Shown here: positions 59,614 to 64,000 of the stretch, piece by piece
How the letters are laid out: each line of letters starts with the position of its first letter
Position numbering within the stretch: position 1 is the first letter of the stretch
Assembly: GCA_902620525.1 (NCBI GenBank)
Contig: CACNIK010000006.1
Span: 13 to 64,012, forward strand
Direction: 5' to 3'
DNA from: an uncultured Pelagibacteraceae bacterium
Lineage (GTDB): Bacteria > Pseudomonadota > Alphaproteobacteria > Pelagibacterales > Pelagibacteraceae
DNA length: 64,000 nucleotides
The notes under the pieces: generated by a model
Told to the model about the DNA's origin: nothing
Database searches by the model: none
The model's input: the letters and a program-made list of their open reading frames with translations, nothing else
Made by a program: the position numbers and the translations under genes

Positions 59614-60819
59614 ATGATTTTAGCAAAAGTTTTAAGCAGAATTTATAAAAAAAATGGAATTATTTTAGAAGACTCCACTGGCCAAAAATATATTTGTGGG
59701 AGCCCTCGAAAAGATAATCCTATTACTTTAAAATTATTAAAAGATAATTTAAAATGGAAACTAATTCTTGACCCTGAGTTAGAGTTTCCGGAGGCATATA
59801 TGAGAAATGAAATTTTAATTCAAAACGGAAGCTTAGAAGAATTTTTAATGTCCTTAGTAGAAAATCTTGGTAGAGAAGAAATTACTACGGCTAGTTATTT
59901 ATCAAAAAAGATTTATCAAGCAGTAAGATTTATCTCAAATTTCAATTTACCAGGTAAAGCAAGAAAAAATGTTGAACATCATTATGATATAGGCGGTGAT
60001 AAAGGAGAAAAATTATATGATATTTTTCTAGACACAAAGCATAGACAGTATTCGTGCGCTTATTGGAAAGAAAATACAAAAACTTTGGAAGAAGCACAAC
60101 AAAACAAAATTGACCATATTATCAAAAAATTAAATATTAAAAGTGGTCAAAAAATTCTAGAGGTAGGTTGCGGCTGGGGAGGAATGGCTTTTGAAATTGC
60201 TAGACAAAAAGGATGTGAGGTTAAAGGAATATCACTTAGCAAAAATCAAATTAATTATTGTAAAAAAAAAGCTAAAGAATTAAATCTAGATAATCAAGTT
60301 TCATTTGAATTAGCTGACTATAGAGAGGTTAAAGGAGAATACGATAGAATTTACTCTGTTGGAATGTTTGAGCATGTAGGAAAAAAATTTTATAATGTAT
60401 TTTTTAAATCGATAAGTAAACTTCTTAAAAATGACGGGATGTTTTTATTACATACTATTGGAGTTGTTGACAAACCCTCTCCGCCAAATAAATTCATTAA
60501 CAAATATATTTTTCCAGGGGGAATTTGTCCCTCATTGAGTCAGATAGTAAAACCTATAGAAAAAACAGGCTTAATAGTTGCTGATACTGAAACTCTTATT
60601 CGTCATTATGATAAAACTCTTTTAAGCTGGTTGAATAGATTTATGGCAAAAAAGCATTTGGTCAAAGATATGTTTGATGAAAAATTTGTAAAAATGTGGT
60701 CTTTTTATCTAGCAAGTTGTGCTGCAGCTTTTAGATATAGAGACTTAGCGGTATTTCAATTACAAATTGTGAAGAACTTTGATGCAGCCCGACCTACAAG
60801 AGACTATATATATTCATAA
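59614..60819 (+). CDS. cfa: Cyclopropane-fatty-acyl-phospholipid synthase family methyltransferase
   Basis: 401 aa; HYDIGGD, YSCAYW, SAM motif ILEVGCGWGGMA, SVGMFEHVG, C-terminal FRYRDLAVFQLQ. Confidence 0.85.
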   Translation: MILAKVLSRIYKKNGIILEDSTGQKYICGSPRKDNPITLKLLKDNLKWKLILDPELEFPEAYMRNEILIQNGSLEEFLMSLVENLGREEITTASYLSKKIYQAVRFISNFNLPGKARKNVEHHYDIGGDKGEKLYDIFLDTKHRQYSCAYWKENTKTLEEAQQNKIDHIIKKLNIKSGQKILEVGCGWGGMAFEIARQKGCEVKGISLSKNQINYCKKKAKELNLDNQVSFELADYREVKGEYDRIYSVGMFEHVGKKFYNVFFKSISKLLKNDGMFLLHTIGVVDKPSPPNKFINKYIFPGGICPSLSQIVKPIEKTGLIVADTETLIRHYDKTLLSWLNRFMAKKHLVKDMFDEKFVKMWSFYLASCAAAFRYRDLAVFQLQIVKNFDAARPTRDYIYS

Positions 60820-60845
60820 AAACTGATATTTAATTATTATCAGGT

Positions 60846-62027
60846 ATGAAAAAAAAGAAAAAAAAAGTTAGAAAAAAGTTACGCGTAAAAAAAAAACCAA
60901 AAAATAAAAGCAGAATTAAAAGAAGGCTCAAATTTAAAAAACGAGTAAAAAAAATAAAAAAACGTTCTTATAAAAAAAAATTTAAATTTTTAGCTAAAAA
61001 AAGAAAAGTAAAATCAAAAAAAAGGAAAAACTCCTCAAAAGAAACTTTTAGAAAAATTATAAGATTTACTGATAAACTTAGTTTTAATTTTAAAATTAAT
61101 TTCAATTTAGATAAAACACTTCAAAGTTTTTTTCAAAATATATCTGATAAAATTAGCTCTTTTAAACAAGTTATTGAGGAAGAACGAGATAGAAAAAGAC
61201 AAGAACAACTTAAGAAAATGAAAAAAGAAAAAGATGACATTGTCAGAAGAGAAAAAATGATGAAACAAGAAGAATTAAGGGCGAAACAGACTGAAATAAA
61301 AGAGGAAATAAAATTAGTTAAAGAGAGAAAAATTGAATTGAGAAGATTTATAAGAGAAGAGCAAGCCCAGGTAAGAAAAGAACAAGCTGAAAAACAAAGA
61401 TTATTTTATGAAAAGATTAAATTGGAGAAGAAAATTGAGCAATTTAGAAAAAGAGAAGCTGCAGAAATTAAAACATTAGAAAAGTTTGTTTTAAATCAAG
61501 AAAGAGAAAATTACGAGGAAGTTCAAGAAAGAATTGAAAAAATTAAATTAAAATATCAAGCCATAAGAGATCAAAAAATTAGAGAGAGAATAGAACAATT
61601 AGGTATTGAGGTTTCAGATGATGATACCAGGGCAGATCTTTTGGAAAAAGAAAAACAATTTAATATTGCTAGAGAAAAAATAGAAAATAATTTAGAAAGC
61701 TTTTATAGAAGTATGGCCTCTTGCATTTTTCAACTTAATAGAAGATGGTTACCAAAAAAAATGTCATTGCTCAGAGTAATTGATAGGCGATATGAGACCT
61801 CTGAAATATTCATTAAATTAGATGAAGAGTTGGATGAAAATTGGATTATGTTAGTATATTTAAAAGATAATGATCCAGCTTCTAATATTATTGTTGAAGA
61901 TAAAACTAATCCAGGAAATAACCAGTCTAATGAATATAAACCAAATGAAATTTTTAAGTTTTCGGATGCTTTAGTTGACTCTCTTACTTCAATGATTGAT
62001 AGAGAGTATAAAAAAAAATTAAATTAA
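60846..62027 (+). CDS. Hypothetical protein: hyper-basic N-terminal tail, charged coiled-coil centre, unassigned C-terminal domain
   Basis: 393-aa ORF. By my count 42 of the first 65 residues are K/R, with no D/E before residue 66. Residues about 110-260 form an E/K/R-rich heptad-like segment. The last 110 or so residues are of ordinary composition. Confidence 0.6.
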   Translation: MKKKKKKVRKKLRVKKKPKNKSRIKRRLKFKKRVKKIKKRSYKKKFKFLAKKRKVKSKKRKNSSKETFRKIIRFTDKLSFNFKINFNLDKTLQSFFQNISDKISSFKQVIEEERDRKRQEQLKKMKKEKDDIVRREKMMKQEELRAKQTEIKEEIKLVKERKIELRRFIREEQAQVRKEQAEKQRLFYEKIKLEKKIEQFRKREAAEIKTLEKFVLNQERENYEEVQERIEKIKLKYQAIRDQKIRERIEQLGIEVSDDDTRADLLEKEKQFNIAREKIENNLESFYRSMASCIFQLNRRWLPKKMSLLRVIDRRYETSEIFIKLDEELDENWIMLVYLKDNDPASNIIVEDKTNPGNNQSNEYKPNEIFKFSDALVDSLTSMIDREYKKKLN

Positions 62028-63073
62028 TTTAAAATTTCGGATAGCTTTGTCACCTGACCAATTTTGAAAATAATTGCATCCTCTTTTCCAAAACCAAATT
62101 TTTTGGCATTTTTTTTAAATCTTTCAGGAGGTTCCATGATTGGCTCTAAAGAGAGAATAACTGTACCCCAATGCATGCCTATAACTTTTTTACTTTTCAG
62201 ATCCCTTGCTAGGCTCAAAGCTTCTTCCGGATTTGTATGATAAACAGATTTATCTTTTTCAGGCATTATTGGGAAAAAATTATATGCACCAATATTTATA
62301 AAAGTAATATCAATTGGACCATACTTGTTTCCCAGGTCTTTATAAATATTTCCTACACCTGTATCACAAGCAAACAAAATTTTTTTATCTTTGTATTCAA
62401 TTAAGTAATTACCCCATAAAGTTTTATTTGTGTCAAACAAACTTCTTTTTGACCAGTGCACAGCAGGTAATAAGGTAATTTGTAATTCATCATTAATTTT
62501 AACTTTTTCATACCAGTCTAATTCTTTCACATCTTTGTAACGGTTAAAATATTTAGATAATTTTAAAGGAGTTATTACCTTAGCATCTTTATGTGGAAAA
62601 TTTCTAACTGCATTTACATCAAGATGATCATAATGATTATGGGTAAGTAGAAAGACATCTGTTTTAGGAACCTCTTTTAAATTTATAGCTGGATCAACAT
62701 ATCTTTTTGGTCCAAAAATTAATGGTCCCGTATTTTTTGAGAATAGTGGATCTGTGATAATTGTGGTATTTCCGAGTTTTATTAAAAATGTAGCGTGTCC
62801 AATCCATGCAATATAATCATTATTTATATTTTCTTTTAAATCTTCAATAACCTTGTTTCTTGGGACAACGTGATCTTTTGGAAAATTAATTTTAATTTTT
62901 TTCCTCTCCTCATTAAAAATTTTATAAGACCATTTAACATTAGGGTTTCTTTTTGGTGATCCCTCTGGATTTCTAAAAGTGCCATCTGATAGGTGATGAT
63001 ATGGTTTTTCCGCCATTACATTAGTTGCAAACAATATATTTAATATTAAAAGATAGACTAAATATATTTTCAT
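62024..63073 (-). CDS. Secreted metallo-beta-lactamase-fold hydrolase (NAPE-PLD/Zn-hydrolase-like)
   Basis: 349 aa; signal peptide, LLTHNHYDHLD (H-x-H-x-D-H) and downstream His/Asp ligand contexts. Confidence 0.8.
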   Translation of the reverse strand: MKIYLVYLLILNILFATNVMAEKPYHHLSDGTFRNPEGSPKRNPNVKWSYKIFNEERKKIKINFPKDHVVPRNKVIEDLKENINNDYIAWIGHATFLIKLGNTTIITDPLFSKNTGPLIFGPKRYVDPAINLKEVPKTDVFLLTHNHYDHLDVNAVRNFPHKDAKVITPLKLSKYFNRYKDVKELDWYEKVKINDELQITLLPAVHWSKRSLFDTNKTLWGNYLIEYKDKKILFACDTGVGNIYKDLGNKYGPIDITFINIGAYNFFPIMPEKDKSVYHTNPEEALSLARDLKSKKVIGMHWGTVILSLEPIMEPPERFKKNAKKFGFGKEDAIIFKIGQVTKLSEILN

Positions 63074-63243
63074 TTATTTTTATTATTTCTTGTTTTTTCA
63101 TTAATTTTCTTTCCATATTGTTTAATCTTTTCCCATTCATTTAAACTTTTGGAACCTTCTTCCTCTTTCTTGCTTACAATCAACGGAGTTATTATTAATA
63201 TTATGAAAATCAATAAACAAGCTATAATAAGGGATAATGTCAT
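63070..63243 (-). CDS. Unannotated 57-aa single-pass membrane protein (below the ORF-track length cutoff)
   Basis: Hand translation gives MTLSLIIACLLIFIILIITPLIVSKKEEEGSKSLNEWEKIKQYGKKINEKTRNNKNK*. The hydrophobic N-terminus is followed by a charged tail. Its TGA (63072-63070) overlaps the ATG (63073-63071) of the MBL gene as ATGA. Confidence 0.45.
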   Translation of the reverse strand: MTLSLIIACLLIFIILIITPLIVSKKEEEGSKSLNEWEKIKQYGKKINEKTRNNKNK

Positions 63244-63282
63244 TATCCCTTATTAGCACATTTTTGTTTTTTTCAAAATAAA

Positions 63283-63486
63283 TTAACTATTCAAACAATG
63301 TTTTTTATTAATCCTTTTATCAAAGTCATTAAGCGCTTCTTTTGAAACGAACCAGATAAATGAGGACTCCTGTATCTGCTTTGAGTCAGCAACAGTACAC
63401 TTTTTGCCTAACTTAATTTTTGCTACGTTACCGCCGGCACAGTTTGTCAACATAAGCAGTAAAGCTGTGATTGATAATATTTTCAT
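63283..63486 (-). CDS. Small lipoprotein, unknown function
   Basis: 67 aa; signal peptide with lipobox LTNC; two further Cys. Confidence 0.55.
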   Translation of the reverse strand: MKILSITALLLMLTNCAGGNVAKIKLGKKCTVADSKQIQESSFIWFVSKEALNDFDKRINKKHCLNS

Positions 63487-63596
63487 AGTTATTTATTTAA
63501 ATACTGATTTAGTAGATTGGTTGTCATAAAGTTGTTCAAAATAAGAAAAAATTCAAGCAAGTTGCAGTAACACAAATAAGAACATATATTCATCTG

Positions 63597-63986
63597 ATGG
63601 ATCATAAATATAAAGTGAGAATATATTACGAAGACACAGACGCTGCAGGGGTAGTATTTTATGCTAATTATTTCAAATTTACTGAAAGAGCCAGAACAGA
63701 ACTTATTTATGAAAAATTAAAACTCAAACATCTTGAGATGAAGAAAAAATTTGATGTCATTTTTGTGGTAAAGTCACTTTCATCAAAATATATAGCACCA
63801 GCTAAATTTGAAGATGATTTAATTGTTGTTTCAAAAATTACAGAAAAAAGCCCAGTTAGACTAGTTCTTGAACAAAATATAGAAAAAGCAAATAAACTAA
63901 TTTTTACTTCTACAATAGAACTAGCTGTAGTTTCTTCAAATGGCAAAATAACAAAAATACCGGATCAGCTCTTTTCCTTAATTTAA
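63597..63986 (+). CDS. ybgC: Tol-Pal-associated acyl-CoA thioesterase (4HBT fold)
   Basis: 129 aa; VRIYYEDTDAAGVVFYANYFKF N-terminal motif with catalytic Asp, typical of YbgC. Confidence 0.8.
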   Translation: MDHKYKVRIYYEDTDAAGVVFYANYFKFTERARTELIYEKLKLKHLEMKKKFDVIFVVKSLSSKYIAPAKFEDDLIVVSKITEKSPVRLVLEQNIEKANKLIFTSTIELAVVSSNGKITKIPDQLFSLI

Positions 63987-64000
63987 TTTTTAAAATGCTC

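Noticed and set aside
60820-60845. CTGATA-N9-TATCAG inverted repeat between cfa and the basic-protein gene
   Set aside because: The stem is only 6 bp and mostly A/T, there is no T-run, and chance expectation is high.

Overview
Very AT-rich, extremely gene-dense alphaproteobacterial core-chromosome segment. It holds about 66 protein genes in 64 kb. Most gaps are 0-50 nt, and many neighbouring genes overlap by 1-29 nt. Gene content, synteny and style look like a SAR11/Pelagibacterales-type streamlined genome, although I cannot confirm the taxon without a database search.

Order of content:
- ybeY (3' end), lnt, metK
- nusA-infB-rbfA-rpsO-pnp
- a small GNAT-like orphan
- fabI-fabB-fabA, divergent from an Irr-like Fur-family regulator followed by katG and a DUF2061 gene
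- SH3-like, moeB/thiF-like, coaBC, ubiB, ubiE
- mutM, rpsT, dnaA, dnaN, gyrB
- regB, then a four-gene polyamine operon on the minus strand (ODC-fold decarboxylase, deoxyhypusine-synthase-like, N-carbamoylputrescine amidase, agmatine deiminase), then regA
- bioY, an ABC ATPase, polA
- chvI/chvG-like two-component pair, ahcY, tsaE, amgK-like, murU-like, gpmA
- VanZ-like, a secreted SNase-like nuclease, an SLT-like lipoprotein
- msrA-sseA-RND pump operon
- eamA, alkA-like, DUF1330, a phosphoribosyltransferase convergent with a purine permease
- small lipoproteins, DUF4396, hsp20, ptrB, a J-domain membrane protein
- GT9, dapA-like, cfa-like, a hyper-basic coiled-coil protein, an MBL-fold hydrolase, ybgC

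I saw no rRNA, tRNA, CRISPR array, transposase, integrase, phage gene or recognisable defence or toxin-antitoxin module. I therefore cannot support a claim of a new multi-gene system here.

The best leads are regulatory and architectural:
- an Irr/ICE-type palindrome placed exactly over a near-consensus katG promoter, next to the Irr-like gene
- a single-operon arginine/agmatine-to-homospermidine gene set wedged between regB and regA
- a sigma32-type promoter for hsp20 that overlaps the ptrB stop codon
- a 57-aa membrane ORF missed by the ORF track and stop/start-coupled to the MBL hydrolase
- an unusual hyper-basic coiled-coil protein
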